From positions 1 through 23,448 of the forward strand of contig JBBDRO010000077.1 in NCBI GenBank assembly GCA_040905425.1: a stretch of DNA of 23,448 nucleotides, written 5' to 3'. Below, in pieces: positions 1 through 7,363 of the stretch (the first letter of the stretch is position 1; every line of letters begins with the position of its first letter). A program made the position numbers and the translations under genes. Origin of the DNA: Gemmatimonadota bacterium. GTDB lineage: Bacteria; Gemmatimonadota; Gemmatimonadetes; Longimicrobiales; RSA9. A model generated the notes under the pieces. The model did no database searches and had not been told where the DNA came from. It was given only the letters and a program-made list of their open reading frames with translations.

Positions 1-866
1 TCGTTCACGCGCAGCAACTCGTGCTCGAGCGCGCCGGACAGCTCCGTCCCCGGCGCCGGAGGCAGCCGGTCCGCGGCCGCGGCCGCGACCACCGCCCGGC
101 ACAGGGTGGCCACCGTCACGGCGTCCTCCAGACCGGGGCACGCATCCATCACGCGGATCTCCACCGTGGGATAGACCGGGTGCACGCGCATGGACCAGTA
201 GAGCGTGTGCTTGTCCCGCACCACACCGCCCTCCACCAGCATGTCGGTGAGCCGCCAGAACTCGGCGGCGTTCGCAAAGCGCGGCGGCACGCCGGCGTTG
301 GGCCAGCGGCGGGACAGCAACGTGCGGAAGGAGTCGAAGCCGGTGTCCTCACCCTCGAAGTAGGGTGAGCTGGCGGAGAGCGCCAGCAGATGGGGCAGCC
401 AGGGTCGCACGGCGTTCTGCACCACCACCCGGTCCACCTCCTCGGGCAGCGCCACGTGCACGTGCATGCCGAAGGTGTGCACATCCCGCGCAATGCGCCC
501 GAAGGCGCGCTCCAGCTCCTGGTAGCGGACGTCCTGGGTGCGCCGGTGGCCCTCCCAACGGCTGAACGGATGCAGGCCGGCCGGCACGATGCGCAGCCCC
601 TCCGCCGCGGCGCCCGTGGCCACCTGGAAGCGCAGCCGCGCCAGATCGGTGCGCAACTCCCCAGCACTCTTGCATGGACGGGTGCCCACCTCCAGCATGG
701 TTTCCTGGAACTCCGCGGTGAACTCACCGCTCCAGTCCACCCGCCGCACCTCGGCCGCGCGACTGGCCAGCGCCCCGCTCGCCGGATCCACGAGCTGGTA
801 CTCCTCCTCCACACCGTACGTGTAGTCGGCGGCGGTTCCGGCAACGGGCAAAATGGCGGTCCTCAC
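1..866 (-). CDS. ybdK: YbdK/GCS2-family carboxylate-amine (glutamate--cysteine) ligase; 3' end runs off the left edge
   Basis: Manually translated minus frame from GTG 866 (alternative TTG 851): MRTAILPVAGTAADYTYGVEEEYQLVDP...EFQETMLEVGT...PAGLHPFS...FGMHVHVA...LLALSASSPYFEG.DTGF.S.R...YWSMRVHPVYPTVEIRVMD. These are typical GCS2 motifs. No stop inside the window, which is probably why the ORF track lacks it. Confidence 0.88.
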   Translation of the reverse strand, partial: MRTAILPVAGTAADYTYGVEEEYQLVDPASGALASRAAEVRRVDWSGEFTAEFQETMLEVGTRPCKSAGELRTDLARLRFQVATGAAAEGLRIVPAGLHPFSRWEGHRRTQDVRYQELERAFGRIARDVHTFGMHVHVALPEEVDRVVVQNAVRPWLPHLLALSASSPYFEGEDTGFDSFRTLLSRRWPNAGVPPRFANAAEFWRLTDMLVEGGVVRDKHTLYWSMRVHPVYPTVEIRVMDACPGLEDAVTVATLCRAVVAAAAADRLPPAPGTELSGALEHELLRVN

Positions 867-983
867 GGGCAGAAGTGGCAGAATCGGACGGGAATCATAG
901 GCCCGAGTGTGGCCGCCGACAAATGCACGAACCGTGCGCGCCGGGGGCGCTCGCGTCGCGGGCGGGCTCCGGCTACAGGGCAC

Positions 984-1012
984 TTCCCTCCGGGCCCGCG
1001 CGGCGCTATCTT
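984..1012 (+). promoter_or_regulatory. Putative sigma70-type promoter of the ATP-grasp/GNAT/kamA operon
   Basis: TTCCCT (984-989) - 17 nt - TATCTT (1007-1012); the -35 is a weak match. Predicted TSS ~1019. Confidence 0.4.
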
Positions 1013-1114
1013 TCCTGCCGAGGAAGCATGGAGTCCGGCGCCGCCCCCCTGGGGGCCGACCGGCGCGGCTGCCACCGCCTACCTCCCCGGGGCTACCGGG
1101 ACATCGCCACCAAC

Positions 1115-1143
1115 CGCGTCATCCTCCGGGAGGCGCGTTTTTT
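1115..1143 (+). terminator. Intrinsic terminator in the 5' leader of the operon (attenuator candidate)
   Basis: CGCGUC-A-UCC[UCCG]GGA-GGCGCG: 9-bp stem with one bulge and a cUNCGg tetraloop, followed directly by T6 (1138-1143). It ends 10 nt before ATG 1154. Confidence 0.6.
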
Positions 1144-1153
1144 CATAGGTGTC

Positions 1154-2257
1154 ATGGACGCACTGCGCATCGGCTTCGCCTTCAATCAGAAGCCACAGCT
1201 TTCCGCGGAAGCGGACGAGGACCCTCCCAGTAGCGCGGGGCCGAGCCACAGCGCTCTGCCCCACGCCGACGCGCCCGGCGCCGACCCGCCGCTCGACGAC
1301 GTTTACGCCGAGTGGGATGACCCCGCCACCATCGCCGCGGTGGAAGCCGCGCTCCAGACCCGCGGGCAGGTGATCCGCCTGGAAGCGCGTGACACCTTTC
1401 CGGCCGCGCTCGCGGCCGCCCGACCCGACATTGTCTTCAACATCGCCGAAGGGCTGCGCGGAGTGAATCGCGAGGCACACGTGCCGGCGATCTGTGAATT
1501 CTACGGCATCCCCCACACGGCCAGCGACGCGCTCACCCTGGGGCTGGCGCTCGACAAGCGGCGGGCCAAGGAGATCTTCCTGGCGCGCGGCATCCCCACG
1601 GCGTCCTGGGCCGTGCTCGAGCACGGCGCCGAGGCCTTCGACGCGCTGGCCGGCGATGACGGCCCGTGGATCGTCAAGCCGCTGCTGGAGGGCTCCAGCA
1701 AGGGCATTCCCGAGTCCGCCTTCTGCACCGGGGTGGCCGCCGTGGCGCGGCGCGTGGACGCCGTGGCCGAGGCGTATGCCCAGGCGGCGCTGGTGGAGGC
1801 CTTCCTGCCGGGCCGCGAGTTCACCGCGGCGGTGCTGGGCAACGGCGAAGGTGCCCGCGTGCTGCCGCTGGTGGAGATCCGCTTCGACGCGCTACCGGCC
1901 GGCGCCCTGCCCCTCTACGGCTACGAGGCCAAGTGGGTGTGGGACACCACCGAGGTGCCCTTGCCGATCTTTGCCTGCCCGGCGGAGCTGGAGCCGGCGC
2001 TGGCGGACGCACTCACGCACACCGCCCTACAGGCGTACCACGCGCTCGGCTGCCGCGACTGGGCGCGCGTGGACCTGCGCCTGGACGCCCTGGGCACGCC
2101 CAACGTGATCGAGGTGAACCCGCTGCCGGGCATCCTCCCCGACCCGCGCCAGAACTCCTGCTTCCCCAAGGCCGCGCGCGCCGCGGGCATGAGCTATGAC
2201 GCGCTCATCGTGAGCGTGCTGGACGCCGCCCTGGCGCGCTACGGGATGGCCTCGTGA
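1154..2257 (+). CDS. D-Ala-D-Ala-ligase-like ATP-grasp ligase #1 (non-canonical, KamA-associated)
   Basis: Motifs FNIAEG, IVKPLLEGSSKGI, EAFLPGREFT, YEAKW, ARVDLR, EVNPLPG. Start set at ATG 1154 (MDALRIGFAFNQK, the first beta-strand of the fold); an in-frame ATG also exists at 1028. Confidence 0.85.
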   Translation: MDALRIGFAFNQKPQLSAEADEDPPSSAGPSHSALPHADAPGADPPLDDVYAEWDDPATIAAVEAALQTRGQVIRLEARDTFPAALAAARPDIVFNIAEGLRGVNREAHVPAICEFYGIPHTASDALTLGLALDKRRAKEIFLARGIPTASWAVLEHGAEAFDALAGDDGPWIVKPLLEGSSKGIPESAFCTGVAAVARRVDAVAEAYAQAALVEAFLPGREFTAAVLGNGEGARVLPLVEIRFDALPAGALPLYGYEAKWVWDTTEVPLPIFACPAELEPALADALTHTALQAYHALGCRDWARVDLRLDALGTPNVIEVNPLPGILPDPRQNSCFPKAARAAGMSYDALIVSVLDAALARYGMAS

Positions 2258-3282
2258 GCCTGCGCGTGGCGCTGCTGCACGACCCCGCCGCCGAGCGGCC
2301 CGGCGCACCGCCCGATGCGTGCGGCGTGGCCGAGGCGCTCGCCGCGGTGGCGAAGGCGCTCCAGGAGGCGGGCCACACGCCGTGCCTGGTGCCCGCGTGC
2401 GGCACGCTCGACCACTGGCTGGCCGCACTGGGCGCGCTGGCACCCGACGTGGTCTTCAACCTGTGCGAGGGCACGGGCGGGGACGAGCTCGACGAAGTGC
2501 GCGTGGCCGCCGCCGTGGCCGACCTGGGCCTGCCGCACACCGGCAGCCCGGCAGCCACGCTGGCGCTGGCGCGCCACAAGGGGAGCACCAACGCGCTCCT
2601 GGCCGCGGCGGGCGTGCCGGTGGCGGACTGGACGCTGGTGGAGGACGCCGCGCTCCCGGCCTGGGACGCCTGGCCCGCGATCGTGAAGCCGGCCGCCGAA
2701 GACGCCTCGGTGGGCATAGGGGCCGGCTCGGTGGTGGAGGACCGCGCCGGACTGCAGCGTGCGCTCGCGGCCGCGCCGCGCCCCGCCCTGGTGCAACGCT
2801 ACCTGCCCGGCCGCGAGTTCAACGTGGCCTTCGTGGGCACCACGGTGCTCCCGGTGGCCGAGATATGCTTCGACGCCTGGCGCACGGACGCCTTCCCGCG
2901 CGTGACCTACGCGGCCAAGTGGGCGGCGGGCTCCGCCGACGACCTGGGCACCCGCCCCGTCTGTCCCGCGCCGCTGGACGCCGCCGCGACGGCGCGCCTC
3001 CAGGCGCTGGCCCGGGAGGCGTGGGCGGTGGTGGGTGGCACGGGTTACGGCCGCGTGGACCTGCGCATGGACGCCGCCGGCACGCCGCACGTGCTCGAGG
3101 TGAATCCCAACGCCGACCTGGCGCCCGACGCGGGGCTGGCCCGCATGGCCGCCGCGGCGGGCTGGAGCTACACGGAGCTGGTCGAGCGGATCCTGGCGGC
3201 AGCGTTGGCGCCGGATCCGGGCCGCGGCGCGGCTCATAGCACCATGGGCGCCCCGGCCGGCCTGGCCATGGTGGCGTCATGA
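2254..3282 (+). CDS. D-Ala-D-Ala-ligase-like ATP-grasp ligase #2 (non-canonical)
   Basis: Motifs FNLCEG, IVKPAAEDASVGI, YLPGREFNV, TYAAKW, YGRVDLR, EVNPNADL. GTGA start/stop overlap with the previous gene. Confidence 0.85.
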   Translation: MSLRVALLHDPAAERPGAPPDACGVAEALAAVAKALQEAGHTPCLVPACGTLDHWLAALGALAPDVVFNLCEGTGGDELDEVRVAAAVADLGLPHTGSPAATLALARHKGSTNALLAAAGVPVADWTLVEDAALPAWDAWPAIVKPAAEDASVGIGAGSVVEDRAGLQRALAAAPRPALVQRYLPGREFNVAFVGTTVLPVAEICFDAWRTDAFPRVTYAAKWAAGSADDLGTRPVCPAPLDAAATARLQALAREAWAVVGGTGYGRVDLRMDAAGTPHVLEVNPNADLAPDAGLARMAAAAGWSYTELVERILAAALAPDPGRGAAHSTMGAPAGLAMVAS

Positions 3283-3827
3283 CCAACGCCGTACCCGCCA
3301 TGGCCGTCCGCCTGGGCGCCCTGCGCCCCACGCATCGCGCCGCCATCGCCGCGCTGCTCACCGATACGGGCTTCTTCCGTACCGAAGAAGTGGCGGTAGC
3401 GTTGGAAGTCCTGGATGTGTATCTGCAGCACCCCGATCTGGATTACGCCGCCGTGGGCGCCTTCACCCCCGGCGGGGATCCGGTCGGTTACGCGGTATGG
3501 GGCCCCACGCCCTGCACCGCGGGCACGTTCGATCTCTACTGGATCGCCGTGTCCCGCGCCGTGCAGGGCGCCGGGGTCGGTTCCCTACTACTCACGGAGG
3601 TGGAACGAAGGTTGGCTCGCACGGATGCCCGACTCGTGGTCGTGGAAACCTCTTCCCAACCGCTCTATGAACCCACGCGCGCGTTCTACGTGCGGCGCGG
3701 TTACGAGGAGGTGGCACGAGTACCGCACTTTTACGCCGATGGCGATGATCGGGTGATCTTCGCCAAGCGCATCCGACCTTACAGCCTGGCCGCCGCGCCG
3801 GGCGCTGAAGCGAGCCTATTATCATGA
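3279..3827 (+). CDS. GNAT-family N-acetyltransferase
   Basis: Acetyl-CoA motif A LYWIAVSRAVQGAGVGSLLL and motif B TRAFYVRRGY. ATGA overlaps at both ends. Confidence 0.88.
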   Translation: MTNAVPAMAVRLGALRPTHRAAIAALLTDTGFFRTEEVAVALEVLDVYLQHPDLDYAAVGAFTPGGDPVGYAVWGPTPCTAGTFDLYWIAVSRAVQGAGVGSLLLTEVERRLARTDARLVVVETSSQPLYEPTRAFYVRRGYEEVARVPHFYADGDDRVIFAKRIRPYSLAAAPGAEASLLS

Positions 3828-5059
3828 GCGCAAACTGGCAGGAGGCCCTGCGGGGCAGCCTCACCACCGTGGACGAACTGGTCGAGCGCTTCGGCGCAGA
3901 CAACGTGGACCGCGTGGCCGTCGAGCAGGCCATCGAACGCTTCAACCTGCGCATCACGCCGGCGGCGCTGGCGCAGATCAAGGAAGTGGGGGACCCCTTC
4001 TGGAACCAGTACGTCCCCATGCCGGCGGAGCTGGAGGTCCACGACGGCATCGTGGACTCGCTGGACGAGGACGCCGACTCGCCGGTGCCTAACCTGACGC
4101 ACCGCTACCCGGACCGGGTGCTGTTCCTGGTCTCCCCCGTGTGCGCCACGTACTGCCGCTTCTGCACGCGGCGGCGCAAGGTGGGGGACCCGGAGAAGAT
4201 CCCGCTGAACCAGTTCGATTCGGCGTTCGCCTATCTGCGCGAGCACACCGAGGTGCGGGACGTCATCCTCTCGGGCGGCGACCCGTTCATGCTCTCCGAC
4301 CGGCGCATCGAGTTCTTTCTCTCCACGCTGCGGCAGATCCCGCACATCGAGATCATCCGCATCCACACGCGCATGCCCAGCCACCTGCCCGAGCGCATCA
4401 CGCCCGAGCTGTGTGACATCGTGCGCCGCCACCACCCCGTGTACATCAACGTGCACTTCAACCACCCGGACGAGCTGACGCCCGCGGCCGAACGCGCGCT
4501 GGCGCTGCTGGCCGACAGCGGCGCGCCGCTCGGCTCCCAGACCGTGCTGCTGAAGGACGTCAATGATGATCCGCTGATCATGAAGAGTCTCATGCAGAAG
4601 CTGCTGAAGGCGCGCGTGAAGCCCTACTACATCTACCAGGCGGACGTGGTGGCGGGCGGCGAGCACTTCCGCACGCAGATGGAGAAGGGGCTGGAAATCA
4701 TCCGGGCGCTGCGCGGCTGGACGAGCGGACTCGGGGTGCCGCACTACGTCATCGACGCCCCGGGCGGAGGCGGCAAGATCCCCATCCTCCCCGAGTACGT
4801 GGAGAAGGTGAGCGCCACCGAGGTGGTGCTCCGCAACTATGCGGGTGAGGTCTTCCGCTACCCACTGCCGGCCGCTCCGGCGGGTCAGCCGTCCATTGCC
4901 GCTTGCGGGGACGGCGCCGCCATCATCCCCATCACGCGCCGCAAGCGGAGCAAGCCGGCCGCGGAGGGTGCCAAGGCCACTCCGGCGCCGAGGCGCGCAC
5001 GGCCGGCCAGGCAAGCCGCCCGTGAGAGCGGGCCGGGGATCACGCTGCTGGACGTCTGA
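3824..5059 (+). CDS. kamA: KamA-family radical SAM/PLP enzyme, lysine 2,3-aminomutase-like
   Basis: THRYPDRVL; CATYCRFCTRRR (CxxxCxxC); ILSGGDP; HFNHPDE; PYYIYQAD; LRGWTSG; DAPGGGGK (PLP lysine). Confidence 0.92.
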   Translation: MSANWQEALRGSLTTVDELVERFGADNVDRVAVEQAIERFNLRITPAALAQIKEVGDPFWNQYVPMPAELEVHDGIVDSLDEDADSPVPNLTHRYPDRVLFLVSPVCATYCRFCTRRRKVGDPEKIPLNQFDSAFAYLREHTEVRDVILSGGDPFMLSDRRIEFFLSTLRQIPHIEIIRIHTRMPSHLPERITPELCDIVRRHHPVYINVHFNHPDELTPAAERALALLADSGAPLGSQTVLLKDVNDDPLIMKSLMQKLLKARVKPYYIYQADVVAGGEHFRTQMEKGLEIIRALRGWTSGLGVPHYVIDAPGGGGKIPILPEYVEKVSATEVVLRNYAGEVFRYPLPAAPAGQPSIAACGDGAAIIPITRRKRSKPAAEGAKATPAPRRARPARQAARESGPGITLLDV

Positions 5060-5080
5060 ACCCGTCCGTTCCTGAGCGAC

Positions 5081-5113
5081 GAGGCCCGGCGTGCACCGCG
5101 CGCGCCGGGCCTT
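5081..5113 (+). terminator. Strong stem-loop after kamA (probable operon end; weak U tract)
   Basis: AGGCCCGGCGTGC (5082-5094) pairs with GCGCGCCGGGCCT (5100-5112): 13 bp with one G-U and a 5-nt loop. Confidence 0.5.
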
Positions 5114-5147
5114 CCACCACGCCGCACATTCTGTACATTCAGGGGTG

Positions 5148-7349
5148 ATGCAGACATCCCTGATCGACCGCGTCGTGGTGCTCTGGCTCGGCACCGTCCT
5201 GGTGGCCGGTTGCGGACCTTCCGGTCCGCCCACGTACAGCCGGGACGTGGCGGGCCTGCTGCATGAGAACTGCAGCAGTTGCCACCGCCCGGAGGGCGTG
5301 GCGCCGTTTCCGCTACTGACGTACGAAGACGCGGCCGCGCACGCCGACCTGATCGCCGCCACCGTGGCCTCGGGCCGCATGCCGCCCTGGCTACCGTCGG
5401 TCGAAACGCCGCCGCTCGAGGGAGAGCGGCGACTCTCCGGTGAGGAGATCGAGATGCTCGGCGCGTGGGCGGCGGCGGGCGCCCCGCGGGGTGACGCGGC
5501 GAGCGAGCCGGCGCCGCCCGTCTGGCCGGACGGCTGGCTGCTCGGCGAGCCGGACATGGTGCTCGAGATGCGTGACACCTTCCACGTCCCGTCCGGCGGT
5601 CACGATCACTTCCGCAACTTCGTGCTGCCCGTCCCGCTGGAGGAAGGCCGTTGGGTGCGCGGTGTGGAACTGCGGCCGAACAATTACGGTCCCCTGCACC
5701 ATGGCGTGATTCGCGTGGATCCCACCCCGGCATCGCGCATGGCCGCCGCCGCCGACTCCGTGCCCGGCTTTGCCGAGATGTTCTCCCTGTCGGAGTCCCA
5801 GGCGGCGGGCGAGTTTTTTCTGGGGTGGACGCCAGGGTTGATGCCGAGCCTCTTCCCCGAGGGCATGGCCTGGCGCCTGGAGCCGTCCACGGACATCGTG
5901 GTTCAGCTCCACCTCATGCCCACGGGCCAGCCCGAGGACGTGTCCCTCCAGATCGGTCTCCACTTTGCCGACGAGCCGCCCACCGTGCGGCCCGTGCTGC
6001 TCCGGCTCGGGGGCACTACGCTCGACATCCCGCCCGGGGATTCCGCCTACCTGGTGGAGGACCGCATCACCATTCCCGCGGACGTACAGGCGCTGGCGGC
6101 CTACCCGCACGCGCATTTCCTGGCCCACACCATGGAGGTGTGGGGGGAGACGCCCGACGGCGAGCGCATCACGCTCATGGACATCCCCGACTGGGACTTC
6201 AACTGGCAGGACTCCTACCGTTACAAGGACCCGGTTGCGCTGCCCGAGGGCACCGTGGTGCACCTCCGCTATGTCTATGACAATTCCGCCGCCAACCCGC
6301 AGAATCCGCACGATCCGCCCCAGCGCGTGGTCTACGGTCCGGAATCCAGGGACGAGATGGCGGAGTTCTACCTGCAGCTCGTGCCTGAGAACCCCGCCCG
6401 GCTGGACGTATTGAGGGCCACCTTCGCCAGCAAGTACGCCCGGGAGATGATGCGCGGCTGGCGCCACCTCATCGAGCTGGATCCGGATGATGCCTGGGCG
6501 CATCTCGGACTGGGCATCGTGGCCCACGAGCAGGGTGATCTGGACACGGCGGAGGAGCACTTCCGGAGGGCCATACAGGCGCAGCCCGACTACCCGCGCG
6601 CACACCACCGTATGGCGCTGGTTCATGAGGCGCGGGGCAATACGGCAGCCGCCATGGCCGCCTACCGGAGGGCCATCGCGGGGCCCGTGGAGAACCTGCC
6701 GGCCCTGAACGACTTCGGCATTCTGCTGGCGGTCTCCGGTGATCCGGCCGCGGCGGCGCCCATCCTGGAGCGGGTCATTGCCGTCAACCCCGCGCATGTA
6801 GAAGCGCGCAACAATCTGGGTGGCGTCCTGCTCGAACTGGGCCGGGTCGAGGAGGCGCTGACCCACCTGGAGCGCGCGGTGGCGTTGAACCCGCGCCTGG
6901 CCGGAGCGCGCTTTCACCAGGCGTACGCGTTGATCAGACTGGGCCGCGCGGAGGAGGGGGTGCAGGCGCTGAACCAGGGCCTGGCCGTGGACGGCGGCAA
7001 CGTGCAGGCCGCACTCACCGTGGCCTGGATGCTGGCCACCCATCCCGACCCGGCGGTGCGCCGCCCGCCGCTGGCCGCCGAACTGGCCGAGCAGATCCGT
7101 GGCCTCACCGGGCCGCACCCGATCGCGTCGGACGTCATGGCGGCGGCCCTGGCCGCCAACGCCCGCTACACGGAGGCGGTGCAGCTGGCGCAGGAAGCCA
7201 TAGGCGAGGCCCGGCGCAGGGGGCAGTCGGCCCTCCTTCCCGGGCTCGAAGCGCGTGCCGACCTGTACCGGGCCAGGCAGCCGTTCATCGATGATGCAGC
7301 GGGGGCGCCGACGCTGCCCGCCACGCGGATCCTCGGCTCCACGCCGTAG
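5148..7349 (+). CDS. Lipoprotein: c-type heme (CxxCH) + copper type II (PHM/DBH-like) monooxygenase domain + TPR repeats
   Basis: Lipobox LVAGC; CSSCH plus GRMPPW; LHH, QLH, PHAH, DEM; WDFNWQ.SY; C-terminal TPRs (e.g. AWAHLGLG, EARNNLGGVL). Start ATG 5148 (or GTG 5145) preferred over 5091. Confidence 0.8.
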   Translation: MQTSLIDRVVVLWLGTVLVAGCGPSGPPTYSRDVAGLLHENCSSCHRPEGVAPFPLLTYEDAAAHADLIAATVASGRMPPWLPSVETPPLEGERRLSGEEIEMLGAWAAAGAPRGDAASEPAPPVWPDGWLLGEPDMVLEMRDTFHVPSGGHDHFRNFVLPVPLEEGRWVRGVELRPNNYGPLHHGVIRVDPTPASRMAAAADSVPGFAEMFSLSESQAAGEFFLGWTPGLMPSLFPEGMAWRLEPSTDIVVQLHLMPTGQPEDVSLQIGLHFADEPPTVRPVLLRLGGTTLDIPPGDSAYLVEDRITIPADVQALAAYPHAHFLAHTMEVWGETPDGERITLMDIPDWDFNWQDSYRYKDPVALPEGTVVHLRYVYDNSAANPQNPHDPPQRVVYGPESRDEMAEFYLQLVPENPARLDVLRATFASKYAREMMRGWRHLIELDPDDAWAHLGLGIVAHEQGDLDTAEEHFRRAIQAQPDYPRAHHRMALVHEARGNTAAAMAAYRRAIAGPVENLPALNDFGILLAVSGDPAAAAPILERVIAVNPAHVEARNNLGGVLLELGRVEEALTHLERAVALNPRLAGARFHQAYALIRLGRAEEGVQALNQGLAVDGGNVQAALTVAWMLATHPDPAVRRPPLAAELAEQIRGLTGPHPIASDVMAAALAANARYTEAVQLAQEAIGEARRRGQSALLPGLEARADLYRARQPFIDDAAGAPTLPATRILGSTP

Positions 7350-7363
7350 CCGGCTCCCACCTC

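Noticed and set aside
907..1233. Polyproline leader peptide (…RLPPPTSPG…HPPGG) as an EF-P-type sensor
   Set aside because: Its GTG start lies upstream of the predicted TSS and has no RBS. Pro codons are expected in any frame of such C-rich DNA.
1154..3282. Calling the ATP-grasp genes ddlA/ddlB or a van-type resistance ligase
   Set aside because: The D-Ala-binding motifs are missing, the omega loop reads KW, and there is no mur/fts or vanHX context.
3824..5059. EF-P beta-lysylation enzyme EpmB, or ablAB osmolyte operon
   Set aside because: The motifs are LAM-type, no efp or epmA is in the window, the GNAT is not AblB-sized, and two ligases are coupled to it.
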